A DNA stretch of 64,000 nt from an uncultured Chloroflexia bacterium (GTDB lineage Bacteria; Chloroflexota; Chloroflexia; QHBQ01; JADMIH01): the NCBI GenBank assembly GCA_963797095.1, contig CAWCNY010000003.1, positions 256,001-320,000 of the forward strand, given 5' to 3'. A program made the translations under genes and the position numbers. Position 1 is the first letter of the stretch. Every line of letters begins with the position of its first letter. The notes beneath the pieces are model-generated. The model saw only the letters and a list, made by a program, of their open reading frames with translations. It was not told where the DNA came from and made no database searches. This document shows positions 32,071 to 42,567 of the stretch, piece by piece.

Positions 32071-33546
32071 ATGGCAACAATACTGATCCCGACTGCCCTC
32101 CGCCAGTACGCCGGGCAGCAGAACGAAGTGGCCGTCACAGGCACTACCGTAGACGAGGCGCTGGGTGCCCTCACCGAGTCCTACCCTGACCTTCGCAAAC
32201 AGCTTTACAGCGAGGCCGGCAAGCTGCGCAACTTCGTCAACGTCTACCTGAACGAAGAAGACGTGCGCTATCTGCAAAAAGGCAACACCCCGGTCTCCGG
32301 CGACGACACCATATCGATCATCCCGGCCATCGCGGGCGGAAGCCTCCGAACCACCCTGTTCGGCGCTCGGCCCGCGCCTCAACCAGCAAATGGCAGCAGC
32401 GACGAACCGGAGCTATCCCACGAGGAGATCCGCCGCTACAGCCGCCACCTGATCGTCCCCGAAGTGGGTCTCGAAGGCCAGAAAAAGCTCAAGGCCAGTA
32501 GCGTTCTCCTCATAGGCGCGGGCGGTCTCGGCTCTCCCCTGGCCCTCTATCTCGCCGCCGCGGGCGTGGGCCGCATGGGCATCGTCGATTTCGATGTGGT
32601 TGACGAAAGCAACCTGCAGCGCCAGGTGATCCACGGCACCTCATCCGTCGGCACCTCCAAGCTCGAAAGCGCCAAACAGCGCATCCTCGACATCAACCCC
32701 TTCGTGCAGGTCGACACCTACCCCGTCCCCCTCTCCTCCGAGAACGCCCTCGACCTGCTCCGCCCCTACGATGTGATCGTAGACGGCACCGACAACTTCC
32801 CCACCCGCTACCTCGTAAATGACGCCTGTGTGCTCCTCGGCAAGCCCAACGTCTACGGCTCCATCTTCCGCTTCGAGGGGCAGGCCTCCGTCTTCTGGGC
32901 CGAGCAAGGCCCGTGCTACCGCTGCCTCTACCCCGAGCCGCCTCCCCCCGGCCTTGTCCCTTCCTGCGCTGAGGGCGGCGTGCTCGGCATTCTCCCAGGC
33001 ACCGTCGGCACCATCCAGGCCACCGAGACGATCAAGCTCCTCCTCGGCATCGGCAAGCCCCTCATCGGCAGACTCCTCCTCTACAACGCCCTCAACATGG
33101 AGTTCCGTGAGCTAAAGCTGCGCAAAGACCCCGATTGCCCCATCTGCGGCGAGCACCCCACCGTCACCGAGCTAATCGACTACCAGCAGTTCTGCGGCAT
33201 CGACCCCCGCACCGAGCGCGGCGAGACCGACCGCGACATCACCCCTCCCGAGCTTCACGAGCGCCTGGAGCGCGGCGATAACCTCGTCCTCCTCGACGTG
33301 CGCGAGCCAAACGAATGGAACATCGCGCATCTCGAAGGTGCCAGGCTGATCCCGGTAAACACCATCACCCAGCACGTACACGAGCTAAGCACCGCCGACG
33401 AAATCGTCCTCTACTGCAAAGCTGGCACCCGCAGCGCTCGCGCCCTCGGCCAGCTACGCGAGATGGGTTTCCGCAAGCTCTGGAACCTCAGCGGCGGCAT
33501 CAACGCCTGGGCCGAGCAGGTTGACCCATCCATCCCGCGCTACTAG
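32071..33546 (+). CDS. Fusion of ubiquitin-like sulfur carrier (CysO/MoaD-like), MoeB/ThiF E1 and rhodanese (MoeZ-like)
   Basis: N-terminal IPTALR...VNVYLN...IPAIAGG, then RYSRHL, GAGGLG, PCYRC, CPIC, and a C-terminal DVREPNEW...YCKAGTRS. Confidence 0.9.
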   Translation: MATILIPTALRQYAGQQNEVAVTGTTVDEALGALTESYPDLRKQLYSEAGKLRNFVNVYLNEEDVRYLQKGNTPVSGDDTISIIPAIAGGSLRTTLFGARPAPQPANGSSDEPELSHEEIRRYSRHLIVPEVGLEGQKKLKASSVLLIGAGGLGSPLALYLAAAGVGRMGIVDFDVVDESNLQRQVIHGTSSVGTSKLESAKQRILDINPFVQVDTYPVPLSSENALDLLRPYDVIVDGTDNFPTRYLVNDACVLLGKPNVYGSIFRFEGQASVFWAEQGPCYRCLYPEPPPPGLVPSCAEGGVLGILPGTVGTIQATETIKLLLGIGKPLIGRLLLYNALNMEFRELKLRKDPDCPICGEHPTVTELIDYQQFCGIDPRTERGETDRDITPPELHERLERGDNLVLLDVREPNEWNIAHLEGARLIPVNTITQHVHELSTADEIVLYCKAGTRSARALGQLREMGFRKLWNLSGGINAWAEQVDPSIPRY

Positions 33547-33556
33547 GAGCCACACC

Positions 33557-34012
33557 ATGAGCAAGTCAACATCAACGGAGACCGAGCTTTGCAGCGACAT
33601 CCCGTTGCCCATCGTCAAGCTCAACCGCTGGACCCTCCTGGCCGGAATCCTGGGTGGCCTCCTCCTGCAGCAGCCCCTCATAACCACCTTCCTCTTCGTG
33701 ATCCTGCTCGGAGCGGTCCTCTACGGCCAGCGCGGCAGCCTCATCTTCCAGGTGGGCAAGCGCCTTCTCGCCTCCCGCATCGCCGGTGCCGAAGGCGAGG
33801 ATCGCCGCCTCATGCGCTTCAACAATACCATCGCCGTGGTGCTCCTTGGCTTCGCGCAGGTCGCCTTTCTCGCAGGTCTGCCCATACTCGGCTGGGCCTT
33901 CGCTCTCATGGTAGCCGCTGCCGCTGCCGTCGCCCTCGCGGGCTTCTGCTTCGGCTGCTTCCTCTTCCTGCGCTTCAAGCTTTACCGCTACAGGCTGCTC
34001 GGTTCCAGATAA
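33557..34012 (+). CDS. DUF4395 family membrane protein
   Basis: Hydrophobic, with ED..MRFNN..A and GFCFGC motifs. Confidence 0.75.
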   Translation: MSKSTSTETELCSDIPLPIVKLNRWTLLAGILGGLLLQQPLITTFLFVILLGAVLYGQRGSLIFQVGKRLLASRIAGAEGEDRRLMRFNNTIAVVLLGFAQVAFLAGLPILGWAFALMVAAAAAVALAGFCFGCFLFLRFKLYRYRLLGSR

Positions 34013-34169
34013 GGTATCCTGATGCACACGAACCCCAACCTATGCTTGTGTAAGAGGCTGGCCGAGCGTGCGTGTAGCCCGACCAGCCACAATTACTAGC
34101 CCAATCGCGATGCACGCTCGCGACCAATCATCGACCATCATCCAAACCAAATACCGGAGGACAAACACA

Positions 34170-35090
34170 GTGGGAACAGCAATCTCAAATAAGAACACGA
34201 GCGAAAACGTCGAATTCCCTGAATACGCCAGGCCCAACTCCCTCGTATCCACCCAGTGGGTGCAGGATCACCTCGACGACCCCAACATCAGGATCGTAGA
34301 GTCCGACGAAGACGTGCTCCTCTACGAGCAGGGCCACATCCCCGGCGCGGTCAAGCTCGACTGGCACACCGACCTCCAGGATCAGGTCAGGCGCGACTAT
34401 GTCAACCGCTCCCGCTTCGAAGAGCTTCTCTCCGAGCGCGGCATAGGCAACCACACCACCGTCATCTTCTACGGCGACAAGAACAACTGGTGGGCCACCT
34501 ATGCCCTCTGGGCCTTCCAGCTATTCGGCCACACCAACGCCAAGATCATGAACGGGGGCCGCCAGAAGTGGCTCGCCGAGGAGCGCCCCATCACCACCGA
34601 GGTGCCAACTTACCCAGCCACCGACTACAAAGCCCCTGAGCGCAACGACGCCGAGATCCGCGCCTTCCGCGATGAAGTGATCGCCCTCCTCGACCAGGAC
34701 CGCAACGGCCTCAAGGAAGGCATCGCTCTGGTAGATGTCCGCTCCAACCCGGAATACACAGGCGAGACCATCCACATGGTCAACTATCCCCAGGAAGGCG
34801 CACAGCGCGGCGGCCACATCCCCGGCGCGCGCAACATCCCCTGGGCCACCGCAGTCCGCGAAGACGGCACCTTCAAAAGCCCCGAAGAGCTACAGCAGAT
34901 CTACGGCAACCAGGGCGTAACCCCCGACAAGGATGTAGTAGCCTACTGCCGCATAGGCGAGCGCTCCTCCCACACCTGGTTCGTCCTAACCTACCTGCTT
35001 GGCTACCCCAAAGTCCGCAACTACGACGGCAGTTGGACCGAATGGGGCAACCTCGTAGACGTCCCAATAGAAAAAGGCCAACCAGCGTAA
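34170..35090 (+). CDS. Tandem-rhodanese thiosulfate sulfurtransferase (SseA/CysA-like)
   Basis: GHIPGA twice, [19 protein letters not shown]. Confidence 0.93.
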   Translation: MGTAISNKNTSENVEFPEYARPNSLVSTQWVQDHLDDPNIRIVESDEDVLLYEQGHIPGAVKLDWHTDLQDQVRRDYVNRSRFEELLSERGIGNHTTVIFYGDKNNWWATYALWAFQLFGHTNAKIMNGGRQKWLAEERPITTEVPTYPATDYKAPERNDAEIRAFRDEVIALLDQDRNGLKEGIALVDVRSNPEYTGETIHMVNYPQEGAQRGGHIPGARNIPWATAVREDGTFKSPEELQQIYGNQGVTPDKDVVAYCRIGERSSHTWFVLTYLLGYPKVRNYDGSWTEWGNLVDVPIEKGQPA

Positions 35091-35117
35091 AGGGGGTGCA
35101 GGAGCGCCAACCCCTAA

Positions 35118-35206
35118 TCTGAAAAGGCTGAAAAATGGCGGCTCCGCCGCCATTTTTCAGCCTTTTCAGATCGCCCCTCCCCAATCGGGAGGGGTTGGGG
35201 AGGGTC
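35118..35206. repeat. Bipartite hairpin element between convergent genes
   Basis: tctgaaaaggctgaaaaatggcggc-tcc-gccgccatttttcagccttttcaga followed by gcccctccccaatcgggaggggttgggg. Confidence 0.8.
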
Positions 35207-36616
35207 CTAAAAGGGCACCTTATCCCCTAGCCCAAACTCCCCATGAATCGCCCGAATAGCCCGCTCCGCATCCCCGGCGGACAGCACAAACGACAGGTTC
35301 AACTCCGACGACCCCTGCGCGATAGCCAGCACCTCCATCCCCTCCCTCCCCAGCAGTGAAAACACCCGCCCCGCCACCTCAGGCTTCCCCCTCATCCCCG
35401 ACCCGATCACCGCCACAATCGACACCCCACCTCGCACATCTATCCCCTCGATCAGCCCGTGATCGATCTCCACAGCGAACGCCTCGCCCAGCGCCCGTGA
35501 TGCCCTCGTCCCCAACCTCTCCTCAATAACCAGACAAATATTATACTCAGACGACGACTGCGAGATCATCAACACGTTGATCTTCTCATGCGCCACCGTA
35601 GAAAACACCCGCGCCGCCACCCCCGGCAGCCCGATCATCCCCTTCCCCTGCACGGTCAGCAACGCTAACAAAGAAATAGCCGTGATAGCCCGCACCGGAC
35701 GATCCACCTCAGGAGCGCTCGCCACGATGCAGGTCCCTGGGTGCTCAGGCTCGAAGCTATTGCGAATATACACCGGGATCCCCTGCTCCACAGCCGGCGC
35801 AATCGTCCGGGGGTGCAGCACCTTCGCCCCAAAATACGAAAGCTCCGCCGCCTCCAGATAAGATATCTGAGGCAGCGTGCGCGCCTCCGCCACCACCCGT
35901 GGGTTAGCCGTCATCATCCCGTTCACATCCGTCCAGATGATGATCTCACGCGCCCCCAGCAAGCTCCCCACAATCGAAGCCGAATAGTCCGACCCCCCGC
36001 GCCCCAGCGTCGTAGTGATCCCTTCCTCCGTAGCCCCGATGAACCCCGTCACCACCGGCACCACTCCACTCTCCAGCAATGGCCCAAGCACACCCCTAAT
36101 CTTCTCCCCCGACTTCTCCAGCAAAGGATACGCACTCCCGAACGCCCCATCCGTCACCAGGAACCGCGTTGCCTCCACCGCCTCCGACTTCAACCCCGCC
36201 CCCCGGATGGCCGCCGCCACCAACCTGCACGACAGCCTCTCCCCTATCGCCGCCACATAATCAAGCGTGCGCGGCGTGACCTCACCCAGTATCCCGATGC
36301 TCTGGACGAAGCTCTGAAACTCCCCCACCAGCGCCTGCACCTCCCCATGCAGCGCCGCCTTCTCGGCACCCAGCCCCAACCCCTCCACCATCTCGAAGTG
36401 CAGCTTCTGCACGTTCAACACCAGTTGCAGCGCGTCAAAGCTCTGCCGGGCCGCTGCCTTCCGGGCCGCTTCCAGCAGCGTGTCAGTCACCCCCGATACC
36501 GCCGACACCACCACCACCACACCCTCAGACCCCGCCTGCGCCGCTACGATCCGCGCCGCCCCCATGATCCTCTCCGCGCTCCCCACCGAGGTCCCGCCGA
36601 ACTTCATCACAATCAA
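35207..36616 (-). CDS. Aspartate kinase with two ACT domains
   Basis: MKFGGTSV, TTLGRGGSDYSA, WTDVNG, GAKVLHP. Confidence 0.93.
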   Translation of the reverse strand: MIVMKFGGTSVGSAERIMGAARIVAAQAGSEGVVVVVSAVSGVTDTLLEAARKAAARQSFDALQLVLNVQKLHFEMVEGLGLGAEKAALHGEVQALVGEFQSFVQSIGILGEVTPRTLDYVAAIGERLSCRLVAAAIRGAGLKSEAVEATRFLVTDGAFGSAYPLLEKSGEKIRGVLGPLLESGVVPVVTGFIGATEEGITTTLGRGGSDYSASIVGSLLGAREIIIWTDVNGMMTANPRVVAEARTLPQISYLEAAELSYFGAKVLHPRTIAPAVEQGIPVYIRNSFEPEHPGTCIVASAPEVDRPVRAITAISLLALLTVQGKGMIGLPGVAARVFSTVAHEKINVLMISQSSSEYNICLVIEERLGTRASRALGEAFAVEIDHGLIEGIDVRGGVSIVAVIGSGMRGKPEVAGRVFSLLGREGMEVLAIAQGSSELNLSFVLSAGDAERAIRAIHGEFGLGDKVPF

Positions 36617-37728
36617 AGCGCGCTCCCCCTCGGCTCCAGCGTAAGAATATCCGCAAGCACCCCCGCTGCCGTCACCTCCGCCCCCGCCCCGCGTCCCCTC
36701 ACCGCCAGCGGCTGCTCCCCGTAAAACCGGGTGTGGAACACAAACAGACTCTCCGTGCCGGTCAAACTCCCAGCCAAACTCTGCGCCCCCACCTCCTGCA
36801 AAGCCACCCGCGCCCCGGTCCCATCTATCCGCGCCAAAAACCTCAATACCCCTCCCCGCTCCTTCGCCTCCCTCACCCTCTCCCCATATTCGCCATCCGC
36901 CTCCGGCAACCTCTCCCAGAACTCATCCAGCGTCACCCCCTCCAACCCCGCAGGCACCAGCGTCTCCACCTCAATATCCCCCATATCCAGCCGCATACCC
37001 AATTTCCTTGCCAGGATCAGAGCCTTGCGCCGCGCATCCACCCCCGCCAGGTCGTCCCGCGGGTCAGGCTCCGTATACCCCATCCTCTGTGCCTTCCGCA
37101 ACGCCTCGCTGAACGCCACCCCGTTCTGTATCTCCGTACACACAAACTCAAGCGTGCCGCTGATCGCCGCCTCGATAGCCGTCACCTCATCCCCTGCCGA
37201 CAACAACCTATCCAATGTCACGATCACGGGCAGCGCCGCCCCCACCGTGGTCTCATACAGCACCCGCCCCCGCCCATCACCCATAAGCGCGTCATACCGC
37301 GCCTGCGGCTCGGCCAGCGCCCACTTATTGCAAAGCACGACATGCCAACCCCGCTCCCGCGCCTCCAGCATAGTCTCATACGCCCCGCGCTCTGCCGTCA
37401 CGTCCACCACCGCTTGCTCGGCCTCCACACCCTCCTCAAATACCGCGCTCAGCGATGGGAGCCCTCCACCCTCCGACGCCACAAATCGAGCCTCCGGCCA
37501 CTTCCCCGCCATCTCCCTCAACGATTGCCCGCCCCGCTTCCCATCCAGCACCGCCACAAGCGCCTCACGCGGCCAGGCCCCCGGCAACACGACCATCCCC
37601 GACCTATCCGCCAACGCCCGGTACCCAAGCCACGGATACCGATCGGCCACGCGCAAATAACGTCCAAGCAGCGCCTGCCCCACGCCTCCAAGCCCCAACT
37701 GAATCAATAGCAGCTTCTCTCCGCCCAT
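36613..37728 (-). CDS. Homoserine dehydrogenase
   Basis: GLGGVG, YETTVGAALP, GYTEPDPRDDL, GRGAGAEVTA. Confidence 0.88.
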   Translation of the reverse strand: MGGEKLLLIQLGLGGVGQALLGRYLRVADRYPWLGYRALADRSGMVVLPGAWPREALVAVLDGKRGGQSLREMAGKWPEARFVASEGGGLPSLSAVFEEGVEAEQAVVDVTAERGAYETMLEARERGWHVVLCNKWALAEPQARYDALMGDGRGRVLYETTVGAALPVIVTLDRLLSAGDEVTAIEAAISGTLEFVCTEIQNGVAFSEALRKAQRMGYTEPDPRDDLAGVDARRKALILARKLGMRLDMGDIEVETLVPAGLEGVTLDEFWERLPEADGEYGERVREAKERGGVLRFLARIDGTGARVALQEVGAQSLAGSLTGTESLFVFHTRFYGEQPLAVRGRGAGAEVTAAGVLADILTLEPRGSAL

Positions 37729-37729
37729 A

Positions 37730-38800
37730 TCAGTCCAGCATCCCCCTGGCCCGCAGCAACTCCGCGATCAGCACCACGCCGCCCGCCGCCCCGCGCACCA
37801 AATTATGCCCAAGCAGCGCGAACTTGTAATCCAACAGCGGGCAAGGCCGCAATCTCCCCACCACCGTAGCCATCCCGCCTCCCGTATCCCGGTCAAATCG
37901 AGGCTGCGGGCGATTCGGCTCCGGCCTGAAAACCACAGGCTGCGCGGGCGCGCTCGGCAGCCCTATCTCCTGAGGCCATCCCCGCCATTCCGCCCAACAG
38001 TCAACCACATCCTGCTCTCTCACCTTCGTCCCCAATTCCACCGACACCATCTCCAGGTGCCCATCGGTGGTGGGCACCCGCGTGCACTGCGCGCTGATCT
38101 TCATGCCAGCAGGAGGCTCAAGCCTCCCCTCACCCTCCACCAACCTGCTCAACAATTTAAGCGGCTCGGTCTCCATCTTATCTTCCTCACCGCCGATATA
38201 GGGCACCACGTTATCCAGAATATCCAGCGCCGACACCCCGTTATATCCCGCCCCCGAAAGCGCCTGAAGCGTAGTCACAAACACCCGCTTCACCCCGAAC
38301 GCCCGGTGCAAAGGCGCGAGCGCCAGCGTCATACCGATAGTCGAGCAATTGGGGTTCGTCACAATATACCCCCGCCACCCACGGTTCTCTTGCTGCTTCT
38401 CCACCAGCACCACATGCTCAGGGTTGACCTCAGGCACGATCAACGGCACGTCCTCATCCATCCTGTGCGCGCTCGCGTTCGACACCACCACAAGCCCCGC
38501 CTCAGCCAACCTCGGCTCCAACTCGCGGGCCGCATCCGCCGGAAGCGCGCTGAATATCACCCGGCACCCCTCGAACGACCCCGGCTCCGACTCCACCAGC
38601 ACGCTATCCACCAACCGCGCCTCCAGCGCTCCCCATGCAGCGGGCGCGGGCCGCAGCGCATCCCCATACCGCTGCCCCACCGTGCGCGCCGACCCCGACA
38701 TAGCCGCCACCTCAAACCACGGGTGATCATTGAGCAAGCGCACAATCCGCTGCCCCACCATCCCCGTAGCACCCAGCACACCAACCGCGATCTTCCCCAT
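37730..38800 (-). CDS. asd: Aspartate-semialdehyde dehydrogenase
   Basis: LGATGMVGQR, NPNCST, QALSGAG, HNLVRGAAG. Confidence 0.93.
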   Translation of the reverse strand: MGKIAVGVLGATGMVGQRIVRLLNDHPWFEVAAMSGSARTVGQRYGDALRPAPAAWGALEARLVDSVLVESEPGSFEGCRVIFSALPADAARELEPRLAEAGLVVVSNASAHRMDEDVPLIVPEVNPEHVVLVEKQQENRGWRGYIVTNPNCSTIGMTLALAPLHRAFGVKRVFVTTLQALSGAGYNGVSALDILDNVVPYIGGEEDKMETEPLKLLSRLVEGEGRLEPPAGMKISAQCTRVPTTDGHLEMVSVELGTKVREQDVVDCWAEWRGWPQEIGLPSAPAQPVVFRPEPNRPQPRFDRDTGGGMATVVGRLRPCPLLDYKFALLGHNLVRGAAGGVVLIAELLRARGMLD

Positions 38801-38904
38801 ATTGCCATCCCCATTTCCAGATTAAAGGCGCACAAGCACCCGACGCGAGAAGAGCTTCCACAACGAAGGCCGCCATGCCAGTGCTTCCTCGCACCAAGTC
38901 GTTA

Positions 38905-38913
38905 ATTATAGCA
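38905..38913 (-). promoter_or_regulatory. Extended -10 promoter for asd-hom-ask
   Basis: TGcTATAAT on the minus strand, ~100 nt upstream of asd. Confidence 0.6.
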
Positions 38914-38998
38914 CATGCCGCTGATCGATCACCTCCCTCCACAAGCCCTCAACCAGAGCAAGTGCAAGGTCGGTGCTCAGCACACCAAGCTCGGGTTT

Positions 38999-39085
38999 GT
39001 CATTCCGAGATTGGATGCGTCATTCCGAGATTGGATGCGTCATTCCGAGATTGGATGCGTCATTCTGAACGAAGTGAAGGATCTA
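38999..39085. repeat. 20-bp tandem repeat x3 running into a REP-like gtcattctgaacgaagtgaaggatct
   Basis: (gtcattccgagattggatgc)3, perfect copies with no spacers. Confidence 0.9.
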
Positions 39086-39189
39086 AAATGCCAGGCAGGA
39101 CACCCATTGTGGGGAATATCATCGCATAAAGATAAAGCCTGTAGGGGCATCCACCAGCGATACCCCAATGGATTGCCAACAAAGCCAAA

Positions 39190-39275
39190 GTCCCGTAGGG
39201 ACTCTAGAGAGTAGCCCAGGGCGTAAGCCCTGTGGATGATATGCCACCCAAGCAAGTAGTCCCGTAGGGACGTAA
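39190..39275. repeat. REP-like element, copy 2
   Basis: gtcccgtagggac...agcccagggcgtaagccctgtgg...gtcccgtagggacg. Confidence 0.75.
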
Positions 39276-39581
39276 GAGCATCGCATCACACATCACCGGA
39301 ATGCCTAAGCAGAGGAAGAACAAACAACAAACAATCTTGGCGCCCTTCGCCCAACTTCGCATCTTCGTGTTCCAAAGACCCATTCCCCACTCGATACTAA
39401 AAAACCATACTTAAGTACACCCCAATATGTGTCCAATTCTCCCCATCTATTGCCATATAGTTAATGAAGGGCAGAAATAACCAAAAATCCTACAGAGGAT
39501 GACGAAACCACAACAGAAGCGTAAACTATTGGGAAAGCAAAACCTCGCATACACAACCCGCCCCACAAAAAGAGAGCACTC

Positions 39582-42383
39582 ATGACACCACAGACCCAAC
39601 AATCAAGCACCACCAACTCCAACATAGAACCCTCCCCATCCCGCGCCGAGCCAATCGACCGCCTGAGAGACGACGTGCGACTCCTCGGAGGTCTCGTTGG
39701 CGAAGTCCTCCGTGAGCAAGGCGGAGAAGAGCTATTTCGAGACGTAGAGTATCTGCGAACAGGTGCCATCGAGATACGTAGCGGCACCGGTCCCAGCAAG
39801 GACAAAGAAGCCGCCCTCCTAGCATGGGTCCAATCCCAATCCACCGAGCAACTGCAGCGCCTGGTGCGCGCTTTCAGCGTCTACTTCCATCTCATCAACG
39901 TCGCCGAGCAACACCACCGCGCCCGCACCCTCCTCGAACGCGAGCAGACCGAAAGGCCCCTCCGTGAATCGATAGCCGCAGGCGTGCAAGCTGTTCGCAG
40001 CAAAGGGATCCCCAAAGAGACCCTGGCCGACGACCTGGGCAAGCTCGATGTCCACCCCGTCTTCACCGCCCACCCCTCCGAATCCCGGCGCCGCACGATG
40101 CTCCTTCATCTGGAGCGCGCCACGATCCTGATCTACAGGCTCGAAAACCTCCCTCCCGGCCCAAGCCGCGAAGCCCTGCTCGACGAGCTACGCACCTGCA
40201 TAACGATCATCTGGCAGACAGCCGAAACCCGCGCCGAGCGCCCTTCCGTGCTCGATGAGGTGCGCAGCGTCCTCTACTTCTTGGCGGGCAACGGCTACAA
40301 AGTAGCCCCCCGCGTCCAGCGCGCCGTCGAAAACGCTTATGGTGAAGAAGTGCACCCTGGCAGGCTCCCTGTCTGCCTCCAGTTCGGCTCCTGGGTCGGC
40401 GGCGACCGCGACGGCAATCCCAACGTCACCCCCGATGTAACCCGTGCAGCCGCCCGCATGTCGCGCGCCGCCGTGCTCATGCGCTACCGAGAAGAGGTAC
40501 GCACCCTTGGCCGCACCTTCAGCATCTCCGCCCGCCTGGCAGGATGCTCCCCCGAACTGATGGCCTCCGTCGAAAAAGACCGCGTGGAGATGGGCCAGCT
40601 CCCCGTGCAAGAGTGGGCCGACGAGCCTTACAGGCGCAAATTCGGCCTGATCGGCGAGCGTCTCCGCCGCACCGAAGCAGGCGAGCGCGGCGGCTACACC
40701 GACCCCTCCCAACTTCTCACCGACCTCGAAATGGTCCGCGCCAGCCTCGAATCACATGGCGGCCACCGCATAGCCCACGGCCCCTTGCTCGACCTCATCA
40801 GGCGCGTGCAGATATTCGGCTTCCACCTCGCCGAGCTTGAGATCCGCCAGCACGCCGGCCGCCACACCTCCGCCGTCGCCGAGCTACTCGGTCTCTCCGG
40901 CTTCTCCGGCTACGAAGCCCTCGGCTACGACCAACGCCGAGCTATCCTTGAGGAGCGATTGGTTGGCCCCCCGCTCTCCCCAGCCGCTAACGCCCTCTCC
41001 CAACCCACCCGCGAGGTGCTCGACTCCTTCAAGGCCATTGTCGACATCCAGCAAATGGGCGGCGAGCGCGCCTGCCGCACCTGCATAGTCTCGATGGCCC
41101 GCGCCGCCAGCGATGTCCTCTCCGTCCTCTTCCTCGCTCGCGAGGCAGGGCTTTACAGGTGGGACAGCGCCCGATCCCGGCCACACGTGAAGCTCGACGT
41201 AGTCCCCCTCTTCGAGCAGATCCACGAGTTGGCGACCTGCGGCGAGATAATGCGTGAGTTGTATGCAAGCCCTGCCTACAGGGCCGCTCTCAAGGCCAGG
41301 GGCAACCGCCAGCAGATCATGATTGGCTATTCCGACAGCAACAAAGACGGCGGCTATCTCGCTGCCACCTGGGGCGTCTACAACGCTCAGCAGATGCTCG
41401 CTCAAGCTTCAAAGGACGCAGGTATCGAGCCTATCATCTTCCACGGCAGGGGCGGAGCCGTAGGCCGTGGAGGTGGGCCAACCGGGCGCGCCATCATGGC
41501 CCGACCGCCCGCCGCCCGCAACCCCAGCTTCAAAGTAACCGAGCAGGGCGAGATGATCTTCGCCCGCTACGGCAACCTCACCCTGGCCGAGCGCCACTTC
41601 GAACAGGTAATCCACGCCCTCCTGATCTCCTCCTTCGGCCCCTACACCCAGGACGGTAAGCGCGAGCCGCCACAAGCGTGGCTGCAAACCATGCAGCGCA
41701 TGGCCGATCTCGCCAAAAGCAAATACGAAGCTCTCATAAAAGGCTCCCCCAACTGCCTCCGCTTCTTCAGGCAGGCCACGCCCTTCCCTGAGCTTGGCAC
41801 GCTCAACCTAGCCTCCCGCCCGGTAAGCCGCGTCGGCATCGACACCCAGGACATCGAGCTTGAGAACCTGCGGGCCATCCCCTGGGTCTTTAGCTGGACC
41901 CAGGCCCGCCTCACCGTGCCCGGCTGGTTCGGCCTCGGCACCGCCCTCACCGCCGAGATCCGGAGGAGCGGCCTTGAAGTCCTGCAAACTATGTACCGCG
42001 AGTGGGCGTTCTTCGGCTCCGCCATCGACAACGCCCAGTACAGCCTCGCCACCGCCGACATGGCTACCGGCAGGCGCTACTCAACCTTGTCCAACGATGG
42101 CGGCGACACCTTCCCACAGATCGAGGAGGAGTACAACCGCACAGTGCAAGCAGTGTTACAGGTAACCGGCCAGAAAGAGCTACTATACAAATCGCCCATC
42201 CTCGCCCGCTCGATCAAGCTCCGCAACCCCTACGTCGACGCCCTCCACCTCGCCCAGATAGCCCTCCTCAGGCGCTATCGCGACCTAACCGCAGGCGCCC
42301 CCAAAGAGGAACGCGAAACCCTGCTCGACGCCGTCCATCACAGCATCAACGGCATAGCGGCGGGCCTGCAAACCACCGGCTGA
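39582..42383 (+). CDS. ppc: Phosphoenolpyruvate carboxylase
   Basis: VFTAHPSE, GGDRDGNP, GYSDSNKDGG, FHGRGGAVGRGG, LRAIPW, GIAAGLQTTG. Confidence 0.96.
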   Translation: MTPQTQQSSTTNSNIEPSPSRAEPIDRLRDDVRLLGGLVGEVLREQGGEELFRDVEYLRTGAIEIRSGTGPSKDKEAALLAWVQSQSTEQLQRLVRAFSVYFHLINVAEQHHRARTLLEREQTERPLRESIAAGVQAVRSKGIPKETLADDLGKLDVHPVFTAHPSESRRRTMLLHLERATILIYRLENLPPGPSREALLDELRTCITIIWQTAETRAERPSVLDEVRSVLYFLAGNGYKVAPRVQRAVENAYGEEVHPGRLPVCLQFGSWVGGDRDGNPNVTPDVTRAAARMSRAAVLMRYREEVRTLGRTFSISARLAGCSPELMASVEKDRVEMGQLPVQEWADEPYRRKFGLIGERLRRTEAGERGGYTDPSQLLTDLEMVRASLESHGGHRIAHGPLLDLIRRVQIFGFHLAELEIRQHAGRHTSAVAELLGLSGFSGYEALGYDQRRAILEERLVGPPLSPAANALSQPTREVLDSFKAIVDIQQMGGERACRTCIVSMARAASDVLSVLFLAREAGLYRWDSARSRPHVKLDVVPLFEQIHELATCGEIMRELYASPAYRAALKARGNRQQIMIGYSDSNKDGGYLAATWGVYNAQQMLAQASKDAGIEPIIFHGRGGAVGRGGGPTGRAIMARPPAARNPSFKVTEQGEMIFARYGNLTLAERHFEQVIHALLISSFGPYTQDGKREPPQAWLQTMQRMADLAKSKYEALIKGSPNCLRFFRQATPFPELGTLNLASRPVSRVGIDTQDIELENLRAIPWVFSWTQARLTVPGWFGLGTALTAEIRRSGLEVLQTMYREWAFFGSAIDNAQYSLATADMATGRRYSTLSNDGGDTFPQIEEEYNRTVQAVLQVTGQKELLYKSPILARSIKLRNPYVDALHLAQIALLRRYRDLTAGAPKEERETLLDAVHHSINGIAAGLQTTG

Positions 42384-42567
42384 TACGCTACAGGCAAGAC
42401 CCACGCTGATCACCGTCCCCACTTCGTGCTAGAATAGGGTGGCTTTGACCAAAAATGTTTTGAGGCAGTGCCAATGACGAACTTCGAGCGGGTGCGGGCG
42501 TCATAGGCGCGATCCACCTGGCTCTGGACCATCTTTTCGTGGTTGAAGGCACAAGGAGAGTAACTGC

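Noticed and set aside
31551-33546. CBASS/Bil-type anti-phage E1-JAB system
   Set aside because: No E2 or CD-NTase. The cysteine synthase and rhodanese context indicates sulfur transfer.
38999-39066. 20-bp repeats as a CRISPR array
   Set aside because: Perfect head-to-tail copies with no spacers and no cas genes.
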